DNA of 64,000 nt from NCBI GenBank assembly GCA_028687915.1, contig JAQTZF010000001.1, forward strand, positions 866,634 through 930,633, read 5' to 3'. This DNA is from Candidatus Daviesbacteria bacterium (lineage in GTDB: Bacteria > Patescibacteriota > Microgenomatia > Daviesbacterales > UBA10151). This document shows, in pieces, positions 51,645 through 61,296 of the stretch. Under the pieces are notes generated by a model. That model was given only the letters and a program-made list of their open reading frames with translations. It was not told where the DNA came from and ran no database searches. The translations under genes and the position numbers were made by a program. Numbering within the stretch: the stretch's first letter is position 1; the number at the start of each line of letters is the position of its first letter.

Positions 51645-51870
51645 TGTTAATTCTTTGTTTATCAAGCAAGCTGCTGTTTTAGAAGTAATCGAAGAATATA
51701 ATTTAATTAACTTTTCCACTTTAAAAAGACAATTTTTAGGCATCAATGATAGAACCTTAAGATATCATCTAAAAAGATTAGTAGATTTAGGCTTTATCAA
51801 AAAAAGAGGTACAACTAAAGGCGTATATTACGAAGCTCTAGCCTCACAAGGACCAACCTTGCAAGGCTAA
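51634..51870 (+). CDS. Small winged-helix DNA-binding protein
   Basis: 'STLKRQFLGINDRTLRYHLKRLVDLGFIKKRG' wHTH recognition-helix/wing pattern. 78 aa. Confidence 0.55.
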   Translation: MAMSVNSLFIKQAAVLEVIEEYNLINFSTLKRQFLGINDRTLRYHLKRLVDLGFIKKRGTTKGVYYEALASQGPTLQG

Positions 51871-51934
51871 TATTAAAGTTTAATATTTTTTACTGCTTGA
51901 CAGTAACCCATAATAATATTATCCTCCTTTTTAT

Positions 51935-52336
51935 ATGGTTGACAATGCAGAAATAGCAGTCTTCAAAGAATCGCCTTTAAAAACTGAAGGAATTTGTTCA
52001 TCAATGAGTGTGCTACTAAATAGCTTAAGAGAAAACCCTGCTATTATAGGGACTTCTTATCATTCTTATTATAAAGAAGACTCGGTTAGCCAGATTTTAA
52101 GCTTAACAAGTAAACCACTAGATATACGGAGAATGCTATTTTTGCCTGATGGTATTTTAGTTGATAGTGATTTATCCGAATACTACTTGAAATCTTTAGA
52201 ATCTAAAACACCTTATGTAGGAAAAATACAGGCTTTTTTTCATAACCAACCAAATTTTTTTCTTGAAATTACATATTCGAGTGTTGAAGATAGAGGCTAT
52301 CCAAAAGGTGAAGAACTTCTTTATCAGCGCTCTTAG
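51935..52336 (+). CDS. Hypothetical protein
   Basis: ORF track. Confidence 0.5.
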   Translation: MVDNAEIAVFKESPLKTEGICSSMSVLLNSLRENPAIIGTSYHSYYKEDSVSQILSLTSKPLDIRRMLFLPDGILVDSDLSEYYLKSLESKTPYVGKIQAFFHNQPNFFLEITYSSVEDRGYPKGEELLYQRS

Positions 52337-52345
52337 TTCGCTAAG

Positions 52346-52440
52346 AATTCAACCACGTCTCCATCCTGCATAATATATTCTTTACCTTCAGTCCTTAACC
52401 AGCCTTTAGTTTTAGCTGCAGCAAGTGAGGCTATAGCCAC
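52346..52440 (-). pseudogene. Diverged duplicate of the ychF 3' end (encodes ...[32 protein letters not shown]), not attached to an ORF
   Basis: About 75% nt identity to 52996..53090. Translated 27/32 identical to the YchF C-terminus (TGS domain). Upstream frame is closed by stops. Confidence 0.7.
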
Positions 52441-52461
52441 AAAAGGCGTCCCCTTTCAAGG

Positions 52462-52983
52462 CTAAGGAAGATTTAAGTCATCAAACATTTTAAAAGCATC
52501 TGGGTGAGGAGTGCCCCCTGCTTTAAGTAAAGCTAAGTTATATTCCCTAAAAACAGGGATCCTTTTTGTAAGGGTATCTAGGGTGGTACCGTTTATAAGC
52601 ATCGTTGTTTCCATATCATCATCCACTTGTCTTGAAAGTTTTGTTCTCTTTATAGCCAGAGCTAATTTATCGTCAATAAAACCAGATTCTCTTTGAGAGA
52701 GTTCGATACTAATAGTGGGTTTATCATTATTTTCACCTACAAGATTTTTAAGTTTTTCAATAAGCACAGACATCATACCATCGGGATGTATATCCTCTAT
52801 GGTTGGAGAACGCTGTAAAGCATAATCCAATACTGTGGTTTTTATCCGTTCTAAAAATAAAAAAGTGTGTAAATATTTTAACGTTCCAACTTCTAGTTGT
52901 AGCTTTAAAATCTTTTCAGCAGATTCCCCGCTTGTTAGTTGTTCTGCTTCGTCAATAAAATCACCGTCATCAAAATCAACCAC
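52462..52983 (-). CDS. Hypothetical protein, inserted between ychF and its duplicated 3' end
   Basis: ORF track. Confidence 0.55.
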   Translation of the reverse strand: MVDFDDGDFIDEAEQLTSGESAEKILKLQLEVGTLKYLHTFLFLERIKTTVLDYALQRSPTIEDIHPDGMMSVLIEKLKNLVGENNDKPTISIELSQRESGFIDDKLALAIKRTKLSRQVDDDMETTMLINGTTLDTLTKRIPVFREYNLALLKAGGTPHPDAFKMFDDLNLP

Positions 52984-52993
52984 TTTATTCTCC

Positions 52994-54100
52994 TTAACTA
53001 CTCACTAAAAACTCAACAACATCACCATCCTGCATAATATATTCCTTACCTTCTGTTCTAAGCCATCCTTTTGTTTTAGCAACAGATAAAGATCCTGCTT
53101 CTATTAATTTTTCATAAGGGATGACTTGAGCCCTGATAAAACCTTTTTCAAAATCAGTGTGAATTACTCCAGCTGCTTGTGGTGCTTTACTTCCTCGCTT
53201 TATAGTCCAAGCCCTAACTTCTTTTTTTCCCTGGGTAAGAAAAGATATTAATCCTAATAGCTCATATGCTTTTACAATTAATCTTTCCAACCCTGTTTGT
53301 TCTATCCCCAACTCATGTAAATATTCCTTTTTTTCTTCATCACTATAATCTGCCAGTTCTTCTTCCAACTTTGCACAAATCACTACTGCATTGTCATTCT
53401 GAGTGATTAGCGAAGAATCTCGCAGCTTTTCTGCATACTCATTTTCTGAAACATTGTAAACATATAACAAAGGTTTAATTGTGAGCAATGGCAAAGTTCT
53501 AAACCATTCTTTCAGCCTTTCATCTCCTATATGATAATTACCAAGTATTTTCCCCTCTCCTAAGTCATCCTGAACTTGTTTCAGGATCTGAAGTTTCTCA
53601 GATTCCAATTGATCCTTAGCTACTTTTGCCTGCTTTTCCTGAGCAGCAACTAATTTTTCCACCACAGATAAATCTGATAAACCTAGCTCTGTTTCTATTA
53701 TTAATTTATCTGCATCAGGACTTTCTGATCCTTCCCTAATCACATTTTCATCATTAAAATCTCTAACTACCTCTATAATTGCATCAACTTCCCTAATATG
53801 TGATAAAAACTGGTTCCCTAAACCTGCACCAGTTGCAGCACCTTTAACTAAACCTGCAATATCTACAAACTCAACAACCGCTGGAACAATTGGAGGCAAA
53901 CCTTCCATTTTTTCTTCTTTGCTGACTAGCTGAGCAAGCTGATCTAGCCGACTGTCCGGCACCGAAACCACCCCAACATTTGGTTCAATGGTAGCAAAAG
54001 GATAATTTGCAGATAAAGCCACCCTCTTTTTCAAAAGGGCATTAAAAAGGGTACTCTTCCCCACATTTGGCAAACCAACAATCCCAACTTTCAAACTCAT
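52994..54100 (-). CDS. ychF: Ribosome-binding ATPase YchF (Obg-family GTPase)
   Basis: 'GIVGLPNVGKSTLFNAL' G1 motif; C-terminal TGS domain. Confidence 0.9.
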   Translation of the reverse strand: MSLKVGIVGLPNVGKSTLFNALLKKRVALSANYPFATIEPNVGVVSVPDSRLDQLAQLVSKEEKMEGLPPIVPAVVEFVDIAGLVKGAATGAGLGNQFLSHIREVDAIIEVVRDFNDENVIREGSESPDADKLIIETELGLSDLSVVEKLVAAQEKQAKVAKDQLESEKLQILKQVQDDLGEGKILGNYHIGDERLKEWFRTLPLLTIKPLLYVYNVSENEYAEKLRDSSLITQNDNAVVICAKLEEELADYSDEEKKEYLHELGIEQTGLERLIVKAYELLGLISFLTQGKKEVRAWTIKRGSKAPQAAGVIHTDFEKGFIRAQVIPYEKLIEAGSLSVAKTKGWLRTEGKEYIMQDGDVVEFLVSS

Positions 54101-54230
54101 GAGGGAATTATATCCTAAATTAAAAAATTAATGTAATAAGTTATTTTCACACTATAGGCGTACCTGTTAATGTACCTTTAGGGATGTGACAAAAGAAGCA
54201 AAACAGACAATTTTAATCTTGATCTAGCCG

Positions 54231-55739
54231 TCATTTAAGAAAAAATTTATTAAAACCTTGAATATATTTTAATAATCTTTTTTTACTCCTTGGTTTCACT
54301 ATACCTTCTTTAAAATCGCCTTTAATATATTTAATCTCTGCTATACCATCCTTAATTTCTACATTTTCTTTATCTCTAATATCTTCTTTAATATTTTTCC
54401 TAAGATAAAATTCCTTACCATATTCCTCAACCAACTCATCATAATACTTATCGCCATCGCCTCCTTTATCAAAAAATGCTCCTGCCTTTATTCCTAGATG
54501 TTTTGATATTGCTAAGTAGCTTCGTATTTTTGAAAAACCACCTACCCCATAACCGTAAAATTCAAAATTAAGAGGAATTCTTTCCTCTGTGCATAATTTC
54601 TCTAAAAGAGATTTATCCTCTTGCCCTTCGACAAATACTACTTTATTTGCAAAGAAATATTCTTTAGCCACTACATCTAGCTGATAAGGTTTCTTCCAAT
54701 CTTCATTTATAATTGTTTTAAGAGGCTCAAAATCTCTATTTAGATTAGCTAAACTTACTTGTCCAGATGAATCTTTAAATACCCGTGCTATATTCGCCCC
54801 GTTTTTTAAATCTTCCCAATTTACAAAATAAGGAGAATGGGTTGCTATAATAATCTGCATTTCTTTGGATTTCTCTGAAAGAAAATTAGCAAGTTTCTTT
54901 TGAATTTGCGGGTGCAATCCTAATTCAGGTTCATCAATCAGGACAATATGATCAGAAGAATTTATAAAAAAGATACTTAATATCTTAATTAAATTAATTA
55001 CTCCCCCACCCAAATAACTCCCTCTGTGCTGTATTTTATTTTTGGTTTTATATGTAAAAATATATTTATCTCTAGATTTTCTTGATATTGTCCATGAATA
55101 AAAATGAGGTATAAAACCTCTAACAGCCTTATTAAAGGCATCTCTTGTTTCTTTTTGCTCATATATAGCAGCCAATATTTTTCCAAATTCGTCATTTAAA
55201 ATTGAAGAAGCATACGATCCTCTATCAGCTTTGTATATTCTTTCTGTAACCTCATAATGATAATTTTTATCTTTTACATCCTCATCATATAATTCAAATT
55301 CATCTTCCCATATTCTTCTAGATGAAAGATACCTTATATGGTACGGACTTACAGAAAATAAGGTGTTATCAACGGTCTCCTTTACTCCCCACTTATTTCT
55401 TTTTTTATAAATCCAATCAAAAGAGTCTCCCTTACAATCTTTAAGGCATATCCGCGTTAATTCGTTATGGTGTTTTTCATCTGTTTCTAAGGTTCCATAC
55501 CTCTCTTCAAAATTTGCTAATGCAGTGAGAATAGTAGTCTTTCCAGAATTATTCTCACCTATAATAATAGTTAAACCACTCCCTAATGTGCCATTAGGAT
55601 GAGCAAACTCTACTACTTGTTCTGATAAAAAACCTCTAAAATAAGCTATGGAGAGTGCCTCTAAAAAGTTATGCTCCTCGTGTATTTTTTGATCCAGCAT
55701 GTTGCTCATTTTCAAGAAAATTTTACCATATCTCTTCAA
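54231..55739 (-). CDS. OLD-family ATP-dependent nuclease (ABC-type ATPase + Toprim), standalone (class 1-like)
   Basis: Walker A 'GENNSGKTT'. 'LIDEPELGLHPQ' (Walker B / D-loop). 'IATHSPYFV' H-loop. C-terminal 'VVFVEGQEDK' and 'DKGGDGD' resemble the Toprim E and DxD motifs. Confidence 0.65.
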   Translation of the reverse strand: MKRYGKIFLKMSNMLDQKIHEEHNFLEALSIAYFRGFLSEQVVEFAHPNGTLGSGLTIIIGENNSGKTTILTALANFEERYGTLETDEKHHNELTRICLKDCKGDSFDWIYKKRNKWGVKETVDNTLFSVSPYHIRYLSSRRIWEDEFELYDEDVKDKNYHYEVTERIYKADRGSYASSILNDEFGKILAAIYEQKETRDAFNKAVRGFIPHFYSWTISRKSRDKYIFTYKTKNKIQHRGSYLGGGVINLIKILSIFFINSSDHIVLIDEPELGLHPQIQKKLANFLSEKSKEMQIIIATHSPYFVNWEDLKNGANIARVFKDSSGQVSLANLNRDFEPLKTIINEDWKKPYQLDVVAKEYFFANKVVFVEGQEDKSLLEKLCTEERIPLNFEFYGYGVGGFSKIRSYLAISKHLGIKAGAFFDKGGDGDKYYDELVEEYGKEFYLRKNIKEDIRDKENVEIKDGIAEIKYIKGDFKEGIVKPRSKKRLLKYIQGFNKFFLK

Positions 55740-55943
55740 AATCCAATCAAAACGTATATAATCTACGAAATGGCTGTTTTATTTTATTGTATATTAGTAT
55801 TTTTCGCTGATTCCGTAACTTGGAGTTGGGGTTGGTTCTTTGTATCGTTACTTTTTTCAGCAGACCAAGGTAGAACAATTTATAAATTCACAACAGATAG
55901 GTCTCTTGAAGGAAAAGAGGTTAACTAATATTTAAAATTAGGA

Positions 55944-56267
55944 TTATGATTTATTCATAATGTCGCTATTAGTTTCAATCTGATATTTAGCTCTCTCGCC
56001 AATATCATTTCCTCCTTCAAAATAACCTTCTTTATATCCTTCTCTCTTAATTAAATTATAAATGGAAACAAGACCAACGAGAAAAGCGCTGCCACTCAAC
56101 CAAGAAAACTTTGTGATTATATCTCCGATAAATAAGATTAAAGCTCCCAAAAAAATAATTATTAGAATGTAATCTGAAAAGAAAAAGTATGTCTTTTTTC
56201 TAAACTTAAAATCACTTTCTAACTGTTTCCTAAATTCAGAATGTGAAGTCATAGTTAAATTATACAA
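55944..56267 (-). CDS. Small two-TM membrane protein
   Basis: ORF track; hydrophobic. Confidence 0.45.
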   Translation of the reverse strand: MYNLTMTSHSEFRKQLESDFKFRKKTYFFFSDYILIIIFLGALILFIGDIITKFSWLSGSAFLVGLVSIYNLIKREGYKEGYFEGGNDIGERAKYQIETNSDIMNKS

Positions 56268-56292
56268 TTAAATACTACGTCTTCTTGAGAAT

Positions 56293-56970
56293 TTAATCTA
56301 GTTTTGTTAAAAACTTTTCAATTTCTTTCATCACAATATTAGTTTCTTTTTCTGATTTCCTAAAATTATGATCCATGTTGGGCTGTCTAACTACATGAGG
56401 ATTATTTGCGTTATTCACTACCCTTTCAGTCTCACTTGGCGGCACATCTTTATCATCCAGTGCTATAAAAATCATAAGGGGTTTGTGAATATCCTTTACT
56501 TCTTCTACTGCTGAATATTGCATTCCATCAATCGCAAAAGTATCTGGGATATCAAAGGCCCTAAGCTTTTCTGGATTATCTGGCAAATCCCTGTCTGAAT
56601 GTCTAAATTCCTTACCTTGCCAATTTAAAGATGCATCTATTCTGTCAGCTGCCGGACAAAGTGCAACTATTTTAGTTACCTCTTTCATTCTATTTCCCAC
56701 AATTATTGCAACATATGCACCTAAGCTGTGACCAATTAATATAATTTCCTCTGGATTTTTACTTGAATAAAATTCAACCAAATCTGAAACTTGTTTAATA
56801 TAGCTGGTAATTGTGTAATTATTAACATCCCCTGTCTTCCAAAGAGAACAAGGATCTATTCTTTCTACTGTGTATCCTAGCTCTTCAAGCTTTTTTGCAA
56901 AAACCTTCATGTGTAGATACTCAGGTGAATCTAAATAACCAGGTAGTAATAAAGCAACTTTCAAAGACAT
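56293..56970 (-). CDS. Alpha/beta-hydrolase (esterase/lipase-like)
   Basis: Nucleophile elbow 'LIGHSLGAY'. Begins MSLKV with a 5' module copied from ychF. Confidence 0.7.
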   Translation of the reverse strand: MSLKVALLLPGYLDSPEYLHMKVFAKKLEELGYTVERIDPCSLWKTGDVNNYTITSYIKQVSDLVEFYSSKNPEEIILIGHSLGAYVAIIVGNRMKEVTKIVALCPAADRIDASLNWQGKEFRHSDRDLPDNPEKLRAFDIPDTFAIDGMQYSAVEEVKDIHKPLMIFIALDDKDVPPSETERVVNNANNPHVVRQPNMDHNFRKSEKETNIVMKEIEKFLTKLD

Positions 56971-57053
56971 GAGGAAATTATAGGATTTTTAGTCAATTTA
57001 ATCCAGGGATTAACTTTCTTGCTAGAAGCTTTTAAGGCTTTTTAGTTTCTTTT

Positions 57054-57650
57054 TCAAAAAAGAGATTGAAATACTCTACTTATTAAGGACTTTTTGGGGG
57101 CAACTGCTATCGCTTCTACCATATTACGGGTAAAAACCAAACGCTCCATTTCATCTGGCATAAATGATCGGGCATCAATAATTTTTGAACGTCCTTCGTT
57201 ACCAATTACTATAAACTTCTCCACAACAGAACTAAAAGAATAATCTAACGGAGAAGCACCACTTAAAAATCTTGCTATAATCTTGGGGCTATCTGTTTGT
57301 TCTGATTGAAAATTAAAGCTGACCACTCCCCCTTGAGACTCCCGACTCCTTGTAGTATAAACTTTAAGAAGATCATCTGGAGCAAGTTGAATCTCCCCTT
57401 TGGCCAAAGCATCCCTTATCTGAGCTGCAGCTTTTGGATTAGTGATTTCAAAAGGACCAGAATGGTCATACCACACCACATCATTTAACAGAGATCTCAC
57501 CTTTTCTCTTTCGCTATCAAGACAATTTTTTCTGGCTGCTTTTTCTTCTTCAGTTTTACGCTTGATAACAGCTAATTGTGCTCCTGCTTCTTCCGCAGTT
57601 AAAATTTGATCCTCTGTATATCTCTCTTTCATGAAAGTATTATAAGACAA
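57054..57650 (-). CDS. Hypothetical protein
   Basis: ORF track. Confidence 0.5.
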   Translation of the reverse strand: MSYNTFMKERYTEDQILTAEEAGAQLAVIKRKTEEEKAARKNCLDSEREKVRSLLNDVVWYDHSGPFEITNPKAAAQIRDALAKGEIQLAPDDLLKVYTTRSRESQGGVVSFNFQSEQTDSPKIIARFLSGASPLDYSFSSVVEKFIVIGNEGRSKIIDARSFMPDEMERLVFTRNMVEAIAVAPKKSLISRVFQSLF

Positions 57651-57711
57651 CTTCTAAATAAATCAACAAATAGTTTTTAACTTTCTTGCCAAAGGTCAAA
57701 ATTCTAGGAAC

Positions 57712-58695
57712 TTAATCGTATACAGATGCAGGAACACTATTAAGCTCTCCTCTGGTATACCCTAATTGGTAGCCCATTATATGGCTAAGCATTTGTAAGC
57801 GAGCATAGCTAGACAAGTCTTCTGCTTTTGAAGCGCCTTTAGCAAAATTTAAAACTGCTTCAGCATGAGATGTAGCCAGAGATCTAGCCATATCAAACGA
57901 GGCTTCTAATGCCTGAGCAGGACTCCAACCCTTCATAGAGGTTAAATCAACTTCAGTAGGATAATTCAATTCTAGTAAACTTCCAACCTGACCTTTATAA
58001 AGTCTATTATCCACCTCACCTACTTTAGAGGCAAAAATAAAAGGAGATCCCTCTCTAAGGGCATAGCGGTGATGCACCCTACTTTCTTGATATTTACCTA
58101 ATTCGCCAGTAATTACAATTATTGTTTGTTTTGCCTCATCTATAATATTGACATCCCCATCAACAAATATAATTCCACTTCCAGTTGTTTCTATTTTTTT
58201 TACATCACCTTCTACAAAGACAGATCCTCCCCTTAAGCCACTGATCTTGTCTACATTACCCCTGAAAACCAATCGTCCATCAGAAAGGCTTTGTCCAATC
58301 CTGGTTTCATAAAATGAAGGGCCAATCCCAGGGTCTTTTCTCACTCTTTTTTGGGTTTCAATTTTAACTTGTTCAGGGTCTCTGAGATCCACCAGTTCCA
58401 AATGATCACCATCTTTTGCCAACATATTTGCTAGACCACTTGCAAGATACTCAAAATGCCATGATTGAATTCTGGCTGGACCTGGCCTAAGACAATCAGC
58501 TATTATTTCTTTGTGATTTGGATCCTTTTTGAATGTATCTGCTAAAGCCTGTACACCATGTTGGAGTGCTCTTTCATACGCACCCCAGCCCACTAAACTG
58601 GCATTTAAAGCTGAAAGGTAAAAACTTTCATCGCGGGAAGTAAACTTAGCATAATCTGGGGCTTTTGGTTTCCTACCATCAATTTCAATTATCAT
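57712..58695 (-). CDS. Hypothetical protein with internal short Gly/Asp-Val repeats (VFRGNVDKISG / VFVEGDVKKIET / IFVDGDVNIID)
   Basis: ORF track. TTGACT-17-TAAATT promoter-like element upstream. Confidence 0.5.
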   Translation of the reverse strand: MIIEIDGRKPKAPDYAKFTSRDESFYLSALNASLVGWGAYERALQHGVQALADTFKKDPNHKEIIADCLRPGPARIQSWHFEYLASGLANMLAKDGDHLELVDLRDPEQVKIETQKRVRKDPGIGPSFYETRIGQSLSDGRLVFRGNVDKISGLRGGSVFVEGDVKKIETTGSGIIFVDGDVNIIDEAKQTIIVITGELGKYQESRVHHRYALREGSPFIFASKVGEVDNRLYKGQVGSLLELNYPTEVDLTSMKGWSPAQALEASFDMARSLATSHAEAVLNFAKGASKAEDLSSYARLQMLSHIMGYQLGYTRGELNSVPASVYD

Positions 58696-58801
58696 AAGAT
58701 ATTGGGCAAGAGTATGCTTAATTTAATAGTATTTACTAAAGAAGTCAAGAGATTAAAATCATAGAGCTTTTTGGGGAATCTAATCCAGGGATATTAACTG
58801 A

Positions 58802-59287
58802 TTAAGACATGGATTCTTGTGGATCAAGCTTTTCCAACATTGCTTGGATTTTTCTGGCTGCGGAATCATTTGGCCCCCGAAAAAGTTTAGCTCCTCCGGA
58901 AACTGCAAATCTTTTATTCCAATAGCTAAAAGCGTTTTGAACCTTCCCCAAGACAAACCTGGCCTCTTCCTCATCACCCAAAGCTAACCTAAAATCACCA
59001 GGAAAATTATCTTTATTGGCTATAAATTTCCAATGGTAACCACCCCTATCAAACTCAAATTCATATTGATCTTTGCAATCCTCAGGCACTTCTTCTAATT
59101 TCTCTTTTAATTCAGGAGTTGTCCTCAATGTTTCTCTCACCCTCCAATAATACCCTGCTGTAATACTATCAATGGCTGGTAATTGTTTCTCCTGCCACCT
59201 CCTAACAACCTCTAAAACCATATCTTGCTCAAAACCAAAGACTTGCTCTACTTTATCTTCATCAGGTCTATCTTTTTCAGGTGACAT
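58802..59287 (-). CDS. Hypothetical protein
   Basis: ORF track. Confidence 0.5.
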   Translation of the reverse strand: MSPEKDRPDEDKVEQVFGFEQDMVLEVVRRWQEKQLPAIDSITAGYYWRVRETLRTTPELKEKLEEVPEDCKDQYEFEFDRGGYHWKFIANKDNFPGDFRLALGDEEEARFVLGKVQNAFSYWNKRFAVSGGAKLFRGPNDSAARKIQAMLEKLDPQESMS

Positions 59288-59337
59288 TTTAAAATTTTAA
59301 GTCTTTTGGGGAATTTAATCCAGCAGGTTATATCTTA

Positions 59338-60168
59338 TTAAAACGGTATTATGATAGGAAAATAACCATCGGAATAGTTTGGATAACTCCAATAAGTACT
59401 ATCTCCTGAACTCATTCTTTTACCAGTTCCTTCTTTTATTAATTCGATAATTTTTTCCCTCGATAAGACTTTTGTTTTATCAACAGTACCAAGCATTACT
59501 GTTTTTCCTTTAACATCTTCTTCTTCAGCTATTTTTCTTAGCTGAGGTTCTGTTAATAAAATTTGATTATCTTTCATTGGACCTTCTTCAACTTTAACCA
59601 TTAGTCTTGGAATATCGTGTTGACCATAAACTCCTTTTCTTCTACCAGAAATAACTGAAACTTTTGTCCACAACGCATTAGTGGTCACAACATAACCTTC
59701 GTCTTCGAATTGACCCAATTCAACCCTCCATCCCTCTCCCTCAGCAACATCAAAACAAATTCCTTTTTTCATTTCTCCTAAATAAGCTGCCAATGTTTTT
59801 CCGACAAAAGGATGATCAAGAATCTTCTTTTCCAACTGAGCATACTTTTCATCTTCTTGAGGTGTACCAGGAACCCATCTAAAAAAATCTTTACATCCAA
59901 TAAAACGTTCGAAAGAATCTTGAAATAAAAGGCCGTCATATCGACCCATCTGCATAACGTTGATATCGCCTCTTTCATAGTATTTTCCACCAGTTTCTTT
60001 TTTGTCTCCATATATACTTAATACCTGAGCCACATTTGGTGTATGAAAAGTAATTACGTCTGAATAACCGTGCTGTCCTTCGAATATTGTAAATGTATAA
60101 GGTGTTTCTATTATTTCTTGCTTTGATTTTGCCAGAAGATGGGGACGGTATATATGTTCAATTGCCAT
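59338..60168 (-). CDS. Hypothetical protein
   Basis: ORF track. Confidence 0.5.
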   Translation of the reverse strand: MAIEHIYRPHLLAKSKQEIIETPYTFTIFEGQHGYSDVITFHTPNVAQVLSIYGDKKETGGKYYERGDINVMQMGRYDGLLFQDSFERFIGCKDFFRWVPGTPQEDEKYAQLEKKILDHPFVGKTLAAYLGEMKKGICFDVAEGEGWRVELGQFEDEGYVVTTNALWTKVSVISGRRKGVYGQHDIPRLMVKVEEGPMKDNQILLTEPQLRKIAEEEDVKGKTVMLGTVDKTKVLSREKIIELIKEGTGKRMSSGDSTYWSYPNYSDGYFPIIIPF

Positions 60169-60456
60169 AGACGTAACAGATTATAGGATTAGTGTCCTAT
60201 ATTGTCAATTTTTTACTAAAATTCTGTAGTCAGCCACAATTTATTTATGATCTCCTCCATAATAACTATCAGATACAGTGTATGCTTCATCTTCAAACTT
60301 ATTTTTTCTATACCCATTTTTTAAAAGTTCATACAGATATAGAAATGGGTAAATTACAGGATATTTCTCGCATTGAAAGCAGCGCGTTAAAAAATCGCAG
60401 CGAGGTTATCAGCCATTACTATTTTAATGTTTTGGTTTATATGTTATAAATAATTA

Positions 60457-61293
60457 ATGCCCAAAGAAAAAGGATCTGTCCACATTTTAGTCTTAGCACT
60501 TCTGGCTTTGGGAACACTTGGCCTTATAGGTTCTTCCAGCATTACCACTACACAAAAGTTTTCTGATTCTTCTCAGGTATTGGGAGAAAATGAATCTATT
60601 CAAAAAGCAGCAGAACGGGCAAAAGAAGAAGCTCAAAAAGTGGCTGAACAACAAAAAGAAAATAATCAGGCAAGTTTTCAATCCGAAAGGAATAAACAGG
60701 AAACAGAAATTCAAACCTCAAACGGTCAAAAAATAAAGACTAAAGTAGAAGATAATGGTTCAGTAAAAGTGGAAATTGAACAGGGTAAACAGAAACTAAA
60801 ATTTCAGGCAGAACAGAAAAAGTCTGAGCTTGAGATTGAAGATGAAGAATCCACTGATTCAGCTGATGAAGATTTAAAAGAAGTCAGGTCTATCTCCAGC
60901 TTTCCCCTAAAAATTAGTACCAGTACAGGCCAACTGATAATGACCAAAAATGGGGTTGAAAGAGTTTTGACTGTTTTACCGGCAAAAGCTATTCAAAATA
61001 TGTTAAGAGCTCACCTTAAAAATGGTTTAGGACCCAAATTCTTTGAAGCCACACCTTCCAGTGAACTTATCTCCACTGCATCTGCTGAAATAACAGTCTT
61101 AAATAATCAAATTTCACTTGAGGAAGAAAATGGCCAGGCTGTTTATAAAATTCCAATGAAAAAACATCTTAAATTACTAGGTATAATTCCTGTTACTACA
61201 GATCTAACCAGTTTTGTCTCAGCTGAAACAGGTTCAGTAATCAAAGACCAGGAATCACTTTTATCCAGATTTCTGGGCCTACTTTCCCGATAG
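60457..61293 (+). CDS. Secreted coiled-coil/charged-repeat protein
   Basis: Signal peptide 'VHILVLALLALGTLGLIGS', then a K/E/Q-rich region. Confidence 0.55.
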   Translation: MPKEKGSVHILVLALLALGTLGLIGSSSITTTQKFSDSSQVLGENESIQKAAERAKEEAQKVAEQQKENNQASFQSERNKQETEIQTSNGQKIKTKVEDNGSVKVEIEQGKQKLKFQAEQKKSELEIEDEESTDSADEDLKEVRSISSFPLKISTSTGQLIMTKNGVERVLTVLPAKAIQNMLRAHLKNGLGPKFFEATPSSELISTASAEITVLNNQISLEEENGQAVYKIPMKKHLKLLGIIPVTTDLTSFVSAETGSVIKDQESLLSRFLGLLSR

Positions 61294-61296
61294 TCC

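Noticed and set aside
60192-60449. 85-aa plus-strand ORF in the divergent intergenic region
   Set aside because: No RBS, odd composition, and it starts within promoter-like AT-rich sequence; more likely non-coding.
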